This document shows positions 21,107 through 31,236 of a DNA stretch of 64,000 nt, piece after piece (position 1 is the first letter of the stretch; each line of letters starts with the position of its first letter). The notes under the pieces were generated by a model. That model did not search any database and was not told where the DNA came from. It worked only from the letters and a program-made list of their open reading frames with translations. A program made the position numbers and the translations under genes. The stretch lies in the NCBI GenBank assembly GCA_020072965.1, contig JAIQFY010000010.1, positions 108,243-172,242 of the forward strand, read 5' to 3'. The DNA is from Terriglobia bacterium (GTDB lineage Bacteria > Acidobacteriota > Terriglobia > JAIQFV01).

Positions 21107-21838
21107 CTATCGCTTCCCGCCGCGACGCTTCAAAAAGAAGTCAATCAGTTCGGATGAGGAATTGTCCATCTCAACAGCGAAGGCTTCCACCTTGCCAGTG
21201 AAGTAATTGAATGCCATCACGGCCGGAATTGCCACCAGCAGACCGAATGCGGTGGTCACGAGGGCCTCAGAAATTCCGCCCGCGACTGCCGACAAACCTG
21301 TTGCCTTTTCCGTCGAAATCCCCTTGAAGGCGTTGATGATGCCGACGACCGTTCCGAACAAGCCGACGAAGGGAGAGACTGAACCGATGGTTGCCAGTCC
21401 GGAGAGTCCACGCTTCAGCTCCGCATTCACGATGGCAGCGGAGCGCTGAAGGGCCCGTTTTGACGCATCAATTTCCTCTCCCGGAATTTCTGTGCTCGCT
21501 TGATGGGCCTCGAATTCCTGCAACCCGGTAATGAGTACCTTGGCCAGGTGGCTCTTCTTGTTCTGTTCGCAAACACTGATCGCCTCTTCAATTTTGCCTT
21601 CCTTCAGGCAGCCAGCCACGGCGGGAGCAAAATCACGCGATTGCTTGCGCGCCGAGGAATAAGTAAACCAGCGGTCAATCATCACCCCAATCGACCAGGC
21701 CGACATGATGAAGAGAATCACCACGACGGCTTTTGCAGGAACGCCCATCTGCTTCCACATGCTGACCAGATCAAAGCCCACCTCACCCTGCATGAGCAGG
21801 AGTGCTAACAAATTAAGTTTGGAAAAGACGAGAAGCAT
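21107..21838 (-). CDS. exbB: MotA/TolQ/ExbB proton channel protein
   Basis: LATIGSVSPFVGLFGTVVGII; GISEALVTTAFGLLVAIPA. Confidence 0.93.
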   Translation of the reverse strand: MLLVFSKLNLLALLLMQGEVGFDLVSMWKQMGVPAKAVVVILFIMSAWSIGVMIDRWFTYSSARKQSRDFAPAVAGCLKEGKIEEAISVCEQNKKSHLAKVLITGLQEFEAHQASTEIPGEEIDASKRALQRSAAIVNAELKRGLSGLATIGSVSPFVGLFGTVVGIINAFKGISTEKATGLSAVAGGISEALVTTAFGLLVAIPAVMAFNYFTGKVEAFAVEMDNSSSELIDFFLKRRGGKR

Positions 21839-21949
21839 AAATTAACCTTCCTCCTAAGGATAGTTAAGAACGATTGGTTGTTGAGCGCCCGCTCCGCGCA
21901 CCTCCCTCGTTCGGGCTGCGATGCGCGAAACAAGCGGCGATTCCCTTTC

Positions 21950-22708
21950 CTAACCACCGGTCAGGGAGAAATTTACGGTAATGGTGGTGATGACCTCGAC
22001 CGGTTCTCCATTCAGCAGGGTCGGCCGGTACCGCCACTGCTTGACCGCGTCCAAGGCCGACTGGACGAGCAGAGGATGTCCCTGGATCACGGTGAGATTC
22101 TCCACCGTCCCTTGTTTGGAGATGACGGCTTCCAGGACCACGGATCCCTGAATGCGGGCCGACTTCGCCAGAGGGGGATACGCCGGCCGGGGCGACGAGA
22201 TCAAATTCGCCTGCTGGACATTTCCACCCACCCGAATCCGCTGCACCGGCTTGGGAGCCTCGATCTTGGGAGGCGGCGGGGGCGGGGCCGAGGCGCTCTT
22301 GGAGATCAGTCCCCCGATCACGCCTCCGACCGAACCTCCGACCATACCACCTTCAACACCCCCGACCACACCGCCCGTACTCGGCGGGGGCGGGGCGTCT
22401 TCCACAATCTTTGCTATTTCTTTAGGGATCTCCTTCGGCGTTTGAAGCTGTCCCTCAACAATCTGCGAAACAATCTTCTGCACCTTCACCATGGTGGCAG
22501 CCGGTGGTGGAGGGGGCGGGGGCGGCGGCGGCGGGGCCGTCAACAGGAAGGTCAACAGTTGTTGTTTAGGCAGTGCTTCGGTGTATATCAGTGGGATAAG
22601 GATCAAGATCGCAATCACCACTGTGTGAATTACCATCGACAGGACAACCGTAACGGGTTTTTTCGTCGCCTCAGTGGTTCCCCCCGATTCGACGAGATGC
22701 TCAAACAT
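21950..22708 (-). CDS. tonB: Energy transducer TonB
   Basis: N-terminal TM with S-x3-H; Pro-rich linker; YPPLAKSARIQGSV...ALDAVKQWRY C-terminal domain. Confidence 0.92.
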   Translation of the reverse strand: MFEHLVESGGTTEATKKPVTVVLSMVIHTVVIAILILIPLIYTEALPKQQLLTFLLTAPPPPPPPPPPPAATMVKVQKIVSQIVEGQLQTPKEIPKEIAKIVEDAPPPPSTGGVVGGVEGGMVGGSVGGVIGGLISKSASAPPPPPPKIEAPKPVQRIRVGGNVQQANLISSPRPAYPPLAKSARIQGSVVLEAVISKQGTVENLTVIQGHPLLVQSALDAVKQWRYRPTLLNGEPVEVITTITVNFSLTGG

Positions 22709-22948
22709 GCGGTCTCCCTCCCTTCAAATCAAAAAATACACACAAAATAATGTGTCCTAACAAAAAAAGTTCAAAGACAGCGCCCGTCTCGAACCAGGGG
22801 ACGGGTGATGCATCGAACGGCACAACCTATGATTACAGCAGTATGGAGTCTCTTCTAGGCCTTGGAAAACAAAATCGTATAGGTATGCTTCGAGGAAACC
22901 TGACTTCGCGAATGAATATGGTGCTGGAACAACCGTCTGAGATTTCAA

Positions 22949-22977
22949 ATCGTATGCCTTTCAATTTGGCTTGTCAA
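22949..22977 (-). promoter_or_regulatory. Sigma70 promoter for the tonB operon
   Basis: Minus strand TTGACA-17 nt-TACGAT. Confidence 0.6.
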
Positions 22978-23084
22978 TCGAGTTCTCCTCCGGCCGGGCA
23001 GCCACCCCGACCCGATCTCTTTCTACCCCCCTTGCCCTCTCGACCCCCCGGAAAGGAGCCGTCATATCGGTTTCTATTTCCGCG

Positions 23085-24290
23085 TTACCGAGCCGCCGCG
23101 GCCGCCTTGACAGCCTGCTTCCTCCCGGCCCGATATTCCACCCACCCCAAAACAATAGGGGCCGCTATGGCGATGGAGGAGTAGGTCCCGATCAAGATGC
23201 CCACAACGAGGCAGAAGGCAAAACCGTGAATCACTTCACCTCCAAAAAGGAACAACGACATCACCGTCAGGAAAGTCAGCCCTGAGGTCAGAATCGTTCG
23301 GCTCAGCGTCTGATTGATCGACAGATTGACGATTCGCGCCAGGGGCTCGCGCCGCATGAGCTTCACATTCTCGCGAATCCGGTCAAACACCACGATGGTG
23401 TCGTTCATGGAATAACCAATCAGGGTCAAGAACCCCGCGATCACCGTCAAGGTGATTTCCTTGTTAAACAAGGAAAAGAAACCAATGGTGATGATGACAT
23501 CATGAAACGTGGCGATGACGGCGGCCACGCCATAAATTGTCTCAAACCGGAAAGCAATATAGATCAGCATTCCTGCCAGCGCGTATAAGGAAGCCTGCAA
23601 TGCCTGCCGGCGCAAGTCTTTCCCTACCTTGGGCCCTACCACCTCTGAGCCCCCAACGGCGTAATCAGAAAGATAGAAGCTATTGCTGAGGGCCCCGGCC
23701 AACTCCCTGCTGATGCCCGCTCCTGAGACCAACTCATCCATCGAAGCGACCAACCCGCCGTGCAAATCCCTGTACTTGATGATCCGATCTGCCGCATCCT
23801 TGTAAAATTCCTGAGCTTGAGTTTGCCCCTTGGAAGGCGCCATCTTCAGCGGATCCAAGGCGATCATCCGGTCCGCGAAGGTGGCCGGCCCCACATTGTT
23901 CAAATCCAGCTTGCCCTCCGCCGCGGGAGTACTCGGATAAATGGCTTTCAAAGTCGCCAGAATGCCCTGCCTGCCGCTATCGATATCCTGCTGAGACTCA
24001 CCCGAGAGGTCGAGGCCAATCATCACTCCATGGTTTGTCTGCAGGCCGAACTGCTGTATTGAATTCTCTCCCGTCACCCGCCGTTTCAATTCAGTTCGGA
24101 TTCGTTCAATGGGGGGCTGGTCTTTGAATTTGACAACAACATTCGTCCCACCCCGAAAATCGATGCCGTACCGGGGACCGCCTCTCACGATAAGCGAAAT
24201 GATCCCTGCCACACTCAGGACCAAGGAGAGACCGATTAAAACCCACTTGTACTTGAGAAAATCAAAATTTGGATTGTGAAAAAATTCCAT
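23085..24290 (-). CDS. secF: Protein translocase subunit SecF (enlarged periplasmic domain)
   Basis: GIDFRGG; VGPKVG; HDVIIT; GYSMNDTIVVFDRIREN; GTYSSIAIA. Confidence 0.95.
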   Translation of the reverse strand: MEFFHNPNFDFLKYKWVLIGLSLVLSVAGIISLIVRGGPRYGIDFRGGTNVVVKFKDQPPIERIRTELKRRVTGENSIQQFGLQTNHGVMIGLDLSGESQQDIDSGRQGILATLKAIYPSTPAAEGKLDLNNVGPATFADRMIALDPLKMAPSKGQTQAQEFYKDAADRIIKYRDLHGGLVASMDELVSGAGISRELAGALSNSFYLSDYAVGGSEVVGPKVGKDLRRQALQASLYALAGMLIYIAFRFETIYGVAAVIATFHDVIITIGFFSLFNKEITLTVIAGFLTLIGYSMNDTIVVFDRIRENVKLMRREPLARIVNLSINQTLSRTILTSGLTFLTVMSLFLFGGEVIHGFAFCLVVGILIGTYSSIAIAAPIVLGWVEYRAGRKQAVKAAAAAR

Positions 24291-24397
24291 CGGGCCTCAG
24301 ACTCCTTCGCCGGTCGAGCTTCCAAACTTCGATCATCTCATTGAAGTTAGACACCGATCAAAATCTGGAAGTTCCAAAATTTTCAAAGATTAACAAC

Positions 24398-26014
24398 CTA
24401 AATACTCAAGGTGGCACCGCGCGGCTGATTGCTGACGTGCCAGTCAAAAATCAACCGGGACACATAGACTGCTGTAAACACATTGGCGGCCAGTCCGACC
24501 GTCAGGGTGACGGCGAAACCTTTGACGGGGCCGGTCCCGAACAAAAACAGGAAAAGTGCAGAAACGATGGTGGTTACATGGGTATCGATGATTGTCCGGA
24601 AGGCATTGCCGAAACCGCGGTCAATTGCCGACACGACGTTCTTTCCCAGGCGTAGCTCCTCGCGAATGCGCTCAAAAACGAGAACATTCGAGTCCACCGC
24701 CATGCCGATGGTCAAAATTACCCCCGCAATCCCGGGCAAGGTCAGGGTAGCTCCAAAGTAAGCCAGGGCAGCAAGAAGAATAATCAGATTGAAGAACAAA
24801 GCTGTCACCGCGTTGACACCGGACAATTTGTAATAAATCACCATGAAAATGACCACTAAAACAAGCCCTACGATCGACGCCAGGATGCCCTCGCGAATGG
24901 AGTCGTTGCCGAGCGAAGGACCCACAGTGGCCTTTTGAAGGTACTTCAGACTTGCCGGCAAGGCGCCCGAGCGCAACACCAGGGCCAACTCTTCGGCCTG
25001 GACCTGACTGAAGTTGCCGGTAATCTGGCCGGAGTCGCTGATCTGGCTTTGTATTTCAGGAGCGGATTGAATCTTGCGGTCAAGAACAATGGCAAGCTGT
25101 TTGTGCAGATTTTGCTGGGTGACCTGGGAGAATCGAACCGCACCGGCATTGTTCAATGTGAACCCCACCGCGGGCCGACCATTCTCGTCCAATTGAGGTC
25201 GAGCACCCTTCAGGTCGCGGCCTGTGATCGAGGCGATGCGATCGACGTAGTAATATTGTTCTGACGAGGGTTGGCCCGGTGCGGACTTCTCCACCGATTT
25301 CAACAGTTCCATGTCGGGAGGGACCGTGTTTCCGTGAGCCGCCATTGCCGCCTGCTGCGTAGGGAACGGGCCATCCTTGACGATTTTCAACTCCAGGATC
25401 GCGGGTTGGCCGATTACGCGGTCCACCTTCTCGGGATCATCCACCCCCGGCAGTTGGACCAGAACTTCGTAGGAACCTGCGGACCGTTCTTGAATGACGG
25501 GTTCAGTGACTCCCAGGGCATCGATCCGGTTGCGAAGCGTCTGTACCGTTTGCTTCACGGCTTCCGAGCGCAGCTCGGATCCCACCGACGGCTTCATCCC
25601 CAGGGTAAAGCCGCTGACATCGCCTGCCAATGAAGAGAGGTCCCAGGAAACAGCAAATTTGTCGTTAAACATTTCCCGGAAGTCGGCGGCGCGCGAGGAG
25701 TCAATCCCCCGGACCTCGATGTGGTCCAGATCGCGTTTTCGCAGATCGGCCGAGGTGATTTGGCGGTTCAATAGCTCGGTCCGAATCAATTCGATGGTCT
25801 GATCCGTCTCGGCATTGAGGGCATCATCCGTCATGACCTGGATGATGAGATAGGTGCCGCCTTTCAGATCCAGGCCGAGGTGGATCCGCTCAGTGAAATT
25901 CTGTTTGATTGCGCTCCACGATACCGGGGCGTGGGGATACCCGATGAAGCCATAGAGGCAGCCAACGATGATCAAACCGTAAATAAGGGCTTTCCATTTC
26001 AAATTCTTGTCCAT
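24398..26014 (-). CDS. secD: Protein translocase subunit SecD
   Basis: LGLDLKGG; RIDALGVTEP; LRSGALPA; GMAVDSNVLVFERIREE. Confidence 0.96.
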   Translation of the reverse strand: MDKNLKWKALIYGLIIVGCLYGFIGYPHAPVSWSAIKQNFTERIHLGLDLKGGTYLIIQVMTDDALNAETDQTIELIRTELLNRQITSADLRKRDLDHIEVRGIDSSRAADFREMFNDKFAVSWDLSSLAGDVSGFTLGMKPSVGSELRSEAVKQTVQTLRNRIDALGVTEPVIQERSAGSYEVLVQLPGVDDPEKVDRVIGQPAILELKIVKDGPFPTQQAAMAAHGNTVPPDMELLKSVEKSAPGQPSSEQYYYVDRIASITGRDLKGARPQLDENGRPAVGFTLNNAGAVRFSQVTQQNLHKQLAIVLDRKIQSAPEIQSQISDSGQITGNFSQVQAEELALVLRSGALPASLKYLQKATVGPSLGNDSIREGILASIVGLVLVVIFMVIYYKLSGVNAVTALFFNLIILLAALAYFGATLTLPGIAGVILTIGMAVDSNVLVFERIREELRLGKNVVSAIDRGFGNAFRTIIDTHVTTIVSALFLFLFGTGPVKGFAVTLTVGLAANVFTAVYVSRLIFDWHVSNQPRGATLSI

Positions 26015-26187
26015 GGGGCAATCATACCTTCCCGTTATAATCTCTTGAACTCTCGAAGCTCAACTTCCGACTTACTTTAACCTCGCAGGAACACTAATCC
26101 ATTGTCCTTGACTCGAGCTGTTCTGCGCGTCGGGGGGGGTGACTCTTGAAGCCTGACGCCCGGTGCTGTGGGCGGTCCACTGTCCAA

Positions 26188-26508
26188 TTACTCCTGGGCA
26201 TCCTCGGGAGATTGCTTGCCCACCACCGCACTCTTGAGCATGCGCACTTTCACCTGATCGGCCACGCGAAGCGACACCGTGCTATCGTCCAAGCTCACGA
26301 TGGTTCCATACATTCCGCCCGAAGTAATCACCTTGTCGCCGGACTTGAGGTTTGAGAGCATTTCGCGGGTTTTCTTTTGCCGTCGCTGCGCGGGGAGGAT
26401 GAGGAGGAAGTAAAAAATAAAGCCAATTGCGATCAGTGGGAGAAAACCAACTAACGTAGAACTACCGCCTGACGCTTGGGCCAGTAAATTCAAAATCGCA
26501 CTACTCAA
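26188..26508 (-). CDS. yajC: Preprotein translocase subunit YajC
   Basis: FYFLLILPAQRRQK; LKSGDKVITSGGMYG; located between tgt and secD. Confidence 0.95.
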   Translation of the reverse strand: MSSAILNLLAQASGGSSTLVGFLPLIAIGFIFYFLLILPAQRRQKKTREMLSNLKSGDKVITSGGMYGTIVSLDDSTVSLRVADQVKVRMLKSAVVGKQSPEDAQE

Positions 26509-26640
26509 TGGGCATTCCTCAAGTCAGATGGGATTTGGGATTTCAAACAGGACTGTTTCGGGTCGTGTGCGGGTAATGCGCTTCGCAGCCAATCCCGGGG
26601 CGGAACCTGTCGTCTCCCCCGAAACGGGAACAGCGGAACT

Positions 26641-27789
26641 TCAATCCGACGTCCCTGATTGTCTCCACTCCGACAGGAATTGCGTCGCGAACTCTGCGAA
26701 GCGAGAAGACGCAATAGATTGCCTGATTCGCTCCATAGTGTCAAGATAAAAGTAGAGGTTATGGTAGGTGTTGAGCACTGCCGAGAGTACTTCATTTTGA
26801 TGGTAAAGGTGGCGCAAATAGGCCCGAGAATATCTCTTGCAGACGAAACATCCACACCGCTCGTCGATCGGTTTTTCGCTCTCCTTATGGACCTCATTTT
26901 TGATGACAATATGCCCGTCGTGGGTGAACAGCCACCCATTCCGGGCATTCCGCGTGGGCAAAACACAATCGAACATATCGATACCACGGCGGACACCTTC
27001 GACCAAGTCTGCAGGGGTTCCCACCCCCATCAGGTACCGGGGGCGATCCCAAGGCAGAAACGGAGTTGTGGCTTCAACCATTTCAAACATTTTCTCTTTT
27101 GATTCTCCGACGCTGAGCCCTCCGATGGCATACCCGGGAAATTCCATCGCGAGCAACCGGTCCACGCAATCCTTGCGCAAATCGGCATAAACGCTGCCTT
27201 GGACGATGCCGAACAAGGCCTGGTTTGCCCTCTCATCGGATTGCTGGCGCCCGGCGAGGTAATTCCTACATCGTTCGGCCCAACGCACCGTCATCAGCAT
27301 CGATTGTTTGGCATGTTCGTGAGGGCAGGGAAAGGGAGTGCACTCATCAAAGCACATGATAATGTCAGATCCGAGGTTCATTTGGACTTCTACGGAGCGT
27401 TCCGGCGAGAAAAAATGGGATGAGCCATCATAGTGAGATCGGAAGCGAACCCCCTCCTCGGTTATTTCCCGCAAGTCGCTCATTGAAAAGACCTGGAATC
27501 CCCCGCTGTCGGTCAGCAGGACTCGCGGCCAGGAAATGAACTGGTGGAGCCCTCCCATTTGGCGAATGAGGTCATCGCCGGGACGCAGATACAAATGGTA
27601 GGTGTTGGCCAGAATGACCCGGACATCCAGCTCTTCGAGCTGTTCCTGTGTGAGCGCCTTCACGGTCCCCGCCGTGCCCACCGGCATGAACACGGGCGTT
27701 TCGATCTCCCCGTGAGGCGTGGTGATTCTTCCCAGGCGCGACGCGCCGTCCATGTGGAGGATTTCAAAACTAAACTTGTGCGGCATCAA
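26641..27789 (-). CDS. tgt: tRNA-guanine transglycosylase
   Basis: TPVFMPVGT; TDSGGFQVFS; DMFDCVLPTRNAR; CGCFVC...HN. Confidence 0.97.
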   Translation of the reverse strand: MMPHKFSFEILHMDGASRLGRITTPHGEIETPVFMPVGTAGTVKALTQEQLEELDVRVILANTYHLYLRPGDDLIRQMGGLHQFISWPRVLLTDSGGFQVFSMSDLREITEEGVRFRSHYDGSSHFFSPERSVEVQMNLGSDIIMCFDECTPFPCPHEHAKQSMLMTVRWAERCRNYLAGRQQSDERANQALFGIVQGSVYADLRKDCVDRLLAMEFPGYAIGGLSVGESKEKMFEMVEATTPFLPWDRPRYLMGVGTPADLVEGVRRGIDMFDCVLPTRNARNGWLFTHDGHIVIKNEVHKESEKPIDERCGCFVCKRYSRAYLRHLYHQNEVLSAVLNTYHNLYFYLDTMERIRQSIASSRFAEFATQFLSEWRQSGTSD

Positions 27790-27906
27790 ATGGACCTACG
27801 CTCTCCACCTACCCTAGCATTCAAATCGCATACGCTTTGCGGGATTGGTGTCCGGCTATCAAGGTGAAGTTTCGGGGCGGTGTCTCCACCATACTACTCT
27901 TCCACG

Positions 27907-27937
27907 AAAAAGCGCTCCTGTTCGAGGAGCGCTTTTT
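27907..27937. terminator. Symmetric (bidirectional-type) intrinsic terminator
   Basis: AAAAAGCGCTCCT-GTTCG-AGGAGCGCTTTTT. Confidence 0.8.
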
Positions 27938-27978
27938 GATTCCTGCTGCACGAAGGAGTGTCCAAGCAGACAATCGAG

Positions 27979-28716
27979 TCATTTCTTAAAAGAAGCAGAT
28001 ACGACCACGAATAATGTAAATATCCCCCACAAGATAATAGGTCCAATCAGGGCCTTCTTGAAGGCGAGTTTCTTTGACACTGCTACCAATCCGATTCCCA
28101 AGACAATGATATACCACACCCAAAAGAGATCGAGGGTCTTCCCAAAAGCATGAGCTATCTTATTTTCTGAGGGGAAGAGCCATGCCAAATTGGATAAGAC
28201 TACGTCTGATGGGTCGCCTAATTCAGTGGGCTGTCTTACGAACAGAACAGGGATTGCCAGGAGGGTCCTGAGGGCAAATACCATGTCCGCGTATAAACGC
28301 ACCGAGAACACTTTCTTGAAAGTTGTCTCGGCCCCAAAAATGAAATTGGTTACTGCGAACAGGATCCCGGACGAAATTAGGGCAATAACTGGAGTAAGTA
28401 CAATCGCTCCTGCGTAATAGAATATTTTGGTGACCTTGACTATCGAATTCAGCCGATCTTCCGGCGGTTCAGGTTGCCCTGCCCGCTGAATCTGATCAAG
28501 CATCAATCCACCCACGTCGACCTTCAAGAAATAAACATAGACCGCAACTACTCCAAGAACCAGAAGGAGAACCAGGGGCACAATCCAGTCCGGCTTGCGG
28601 TTGATGTCTTCAAAAGTAGCTTTCGGGGAAAAGAACACTCCAATGATTCGTTCCAAGGGGCTCTTTGTTGGTTCCGCTGAAACAGGTGATGTGCTACCCG
28701 GAATTTCCTGACTCAT
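27979..28716 (-). CDS. Yip1-domain membrane protein
   Basis: IIGVFFSPKATFEDI..KPDWIVPL N-terminal signature plus about 5 TM segments. Confidence 0.8.
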   Translation of the reverse strand: MSQEIPGSTSPVSAEPTKSPLERIIGVFFSPKATFEDINRKPDWIVPLVLLLVLGVVAVYVYFLKVDVGGLMLDQIQRAGQPEPPEDRLNSIVKVTKIFYYAGAIVLTPVIALISSGILFAVTNFIFGAETTFKKVFSVRLYADMVFALRTLLAIPVLFVRQPTELGDPSDVVLSNLAWLFPSENKIAHAFGKTLDLFWVWYIIVLGIGLVAVSKKLAFKKALIGPIILWGIFTLFVVVSASFKK

Positions 28717-28755
28717 AGAACTCTCCTTTTGAGATTTTTATTTCACCAAACATTT

Positions 28756-29760
28756 TTACTTAATCGCGAGTTGGGCGGCGTCTTTGAACTTGAAGCAGGC
28801 CGACCAATGGGTCGCCGAAATTGTTTCCCGGGGAGGTTCGCCCGCCGCGCAGGCGGCATCGGCAATCGGGCACCGAGGATGAAATCGACAACCACTGGGA
28901 ACCTTGACCGCGGAAGGTATCTCCCCTCGTAGTACGAGCCGGCTTGATTTTGGTTTCGGGTCAGGTTCCGGAACCGCCGAGAGCAACGCTCTCGTGTAGG
29001 GATGCGCGCTCCGGGTGAAGACTTCCTCGGTGGTTCCCTCTTCCACGATCTTCCCGAGATACATGACGGCAATCCGGTCGCACAGGTGTGCCACGACGGG
29101 AAGGCTGTGAGAGATGAAAAGGAAGGTGAGCTGAAACTGATCCCTCAAGTCGGCAAGTAAATTGAGGATCTGGGCCTGGACCGAGACATCGAGGGAGGAG
29201 ACCGGCTCGTCGGCGACAATAAACTTGGGCTTGAGCGCAATGGCGCGCGCGATGGCAATGCGCTGCCGCTGGCCTCCGCTGAATTCGTGCGGAAAGCGAT
29301 CCAGCACATCCGGCTCGAGCCCCACCGTCTCCAGCAACACTCTCAAGCGTTCCTCGATTTCCGTTTTCTTGCAGATGTGATGGACAATAAACGGCTCGGC
29401 CAGCGTGGTCCGAATGCGCAGACGGGGATTGAGCGAGGAGTAGGGGTCCTGAAAAATGATCTGCATGGATCGACGTTTTCGGCGGAGGCTTTCGCGATCG
29501 AGCGAAAACAGATTCTCAAGATCGAAAATAACCTCTCCCGAGGTGGGTTCAATCAAGCGCAACACCAGTCGCCCTGTGGTCGATTTTCCGCATCCCGACT
29601 CCCCCACCAGCCCAAAAACCTCTCCCCCTTGAATGGAGAAGTTAATGTCGTCCACCGCATGGACAAACTCCTTCCCCCTTCCAAACAACAGGTGGCTGTC
29701 CGCAGGAAAGTACTTCTTCAATTGATTGACTTGAAGCAAAGCATTATTTTCTGCCATCAA
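28756..29760 (-). CDS. Oligo/dipeptide ABC transporter ATPase (OppF/DppF type)
   Basis: GESGCGKST; FSGGQRQR; DEPVSSLD; HPYT; GCRFHPRC. Confidence 0.93.
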   Translation of the reverse strand: MMAENNALLQVNQLKKYFPADSHLLFGRGKEFVHAVDDINFSIQGGEVFGLVGESGCGKSTTGRLVLRLIEPTSGEVIFDLENLFSLDRESLRRKRRSMQIIFQDPYSSLNPRLRIRTTLAEPFIVHHICKKTEIEERLRVLLETVGLEPDVLDRFPHEFSGGQRQRIAIARAIALKPKFIVADEPVSSLDVSVQAQILNLLADLRDQFQLTFLFISHSLPVVAHLCDRIAVMYLGKIVEEGTTEEVFTRSAHPYTRALLSAVPEPDPKPKSSRLVLRGEIPSAVKVPSGCRFHPRCPIADAACAAGEPPRETISATHWSACFKFKDAAQLAIK

Positions 29761-29855
29761 GGTATATAGTCGCGAATTAGCCTGTTTGTCGCCCTTCTGA
29801 CAATCCGTTTTGACTTACGCGAAGTCCTTCGGTCTTTTCCTGGCACCCTCACAAT

Positions 29856-29926
29856 TGCTCACTGCTCACTGCCCACCGCCCACTGCTCGCTGTCCACCGC
29901 CCACTGCTCGCTGTCCACCGCCCACT
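29856..29926. repeat. 7-nt tandem repeats (TGCTCAC/CGCCCAC) with a 21-nt higher-order duplication
   Basis: About 10 heptamers directly 3' of the oppD-type stop; CGCCCACTGCTCGCTGTCCAC occurs twice. Confidence 0.85.
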
Positions 29927-29929
29927 TTC

Positions 29930-30964
29930 CTACCGGCACAAGACACACCGTGCCCAATGTCCTTCTCCGACCGGATACAGCGGGGGATCGAGTCCTTTGC
30001 ACTCCTCCAGTCGAACCGGGCAGCGGGGCTCGAATTTACACCCGGGAGGCAGAGCCAGCAGATTCGGAACTGTTCCGGGGATGGCATCCAATTTCCGCGT
30101 CGGCAGCGTGCCCGGCCGAATCGTCGGGAGGGAGCGCAACAACCCCTGCGTGTAAGGGTGCCGCGGATTTGAGAAAATCTCCGAGACCGGGGACTGTTCC
30201 ACAATTTTTCCTGCATACATCACCGCCACTTCATCTGCCACTGCGGCGATGACTCCCAGATCATGAGAGATAAAGAGCATGGAGAGCGCAAACCGCTCGC
30301 GCATGGACTGGAGCAGTTCCAGGATCTGTGCCTGGACTGTCACGTCCAGCGCCGTCGTGGGCTCATCGGCGATCAGAAGTTGAGGATGACACACCAGGGC
30401 CATCGCAATCATCACGCGCTGACGCAACCCTCCGGAGAGCTGGTGCGGATATTCCCGGGCGCGGCGGGGGGCATCCGGAATAGAAACGGCCTCCATGGCT
30501 TCGATGGCCTGGCTCCAGGCGTCCCGTCGACGCACTTTAGAATGGGCACGGACCGTCTCAGCAATCTGCTCGCCGACAGTGAAGACCGGATCCAGGGCCG
30601 TCGAGGGTTCCTGAAAAACCATGGCAATCTCAGCACCCCGGACCTTGCGCATTTCGCGCTCCGGGATCGAGAGGAGCTCCACGGCCTGCGATGGCGAATT
30701 CTCCGCGGATTTCCCGGGGCTGAAATTTCCACCCAGCTTTCGGGAATGAAACAGAATTCTGCCACGCTCGATGCGTGCCGGCGGCTGCAGCAATCGCAGG
30801 ATCGACAGAGCGGTGACTGTCTTGCCGCATCCGGATTCTCCCACCAGGCCGAGCGTCCGCCGGGCAGAGATCTTAAATGACACGTCATCCACCGCCCGCA
30901 CGGTACCTTCCGGGGTGTCAAACACCGAGCGCAGATTCTCCACGGTAAGAAGATCGGAATTCAT
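29930..30964 (-). CDS. Oligo/dipeptide ABC transporter ATPase (OppD/DppD type)
   Basis: GESGCGKTV; YPHQLSGGLRQR; DEPTTALD; GCKFEPRC. Confidence 0.93.
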   Translation of the reverse strand: MNSDLLTVENLRSVFDTPEGTVRAVDDVSFKISARRTLGLVGESGCGKTVTALSILRLLQPPARIERGRILFHSRKLGGNFSPGKSAENSPSQAVELLSIPEREMRKVRGAEIAMVFQEPSTALDPVFTVGEQIAETVRAHSKVRRRDAWSQAIEAMEAVSIPDAPRRAREYPHQLSGGLRQRVMIAMALVCHPQLLIADEPTTALDVTVQAQILELLQSMRERFALSMLFISHDLGVIAAVADEVAVMYAGKIVEQSPVSEIFSNPRHPYTQGLLRSLPTIRPGTLPTRKLDAIPGTVPNLLALPPGCKFEPRCPVRLEECKGLDPPLYPVGEGHWARCVLCR

Positions 30965-31121
30965 TCGGAAGTTGGAAGTATCCTGCCGCGCGTTCAAGCG
31001 CAGGAATCACGCGTTATCTTATCGCGAAATGGAAGCCCCGCAAGGGAAATCTCACCTGCAAATGAATCCTGGGTAGCTTACCAATGGAGTCTGTGCCGAC
31101 AAGCGCAAGAAACAATCCATC

Positions 31122-31236
31122 ATTAGGGGGCCAGGAATACAGGAAGGGGAAAACCTTAAATCGGAACAGAATTTGAGATCCCGCAAGGGAGGGCTCTCCG
31201 TCGGCAACCGTTTTCCCGGTTTCCTGGCTTCCTAAT
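31122..31236. repeat. ~115-bp element with imperfect terminal inverted repeats
   Basis: ATTAGGGGGCCAGGAA...GGGAAAAC versus GTTTTCCC..TTCCTGGCTTCCTAAT. Confidence 0.55.

Noticed and set aside
22498..22540. G-rich repetitive run in tonB
   Set aside because: It simply encodes the normal poly-proline linker.
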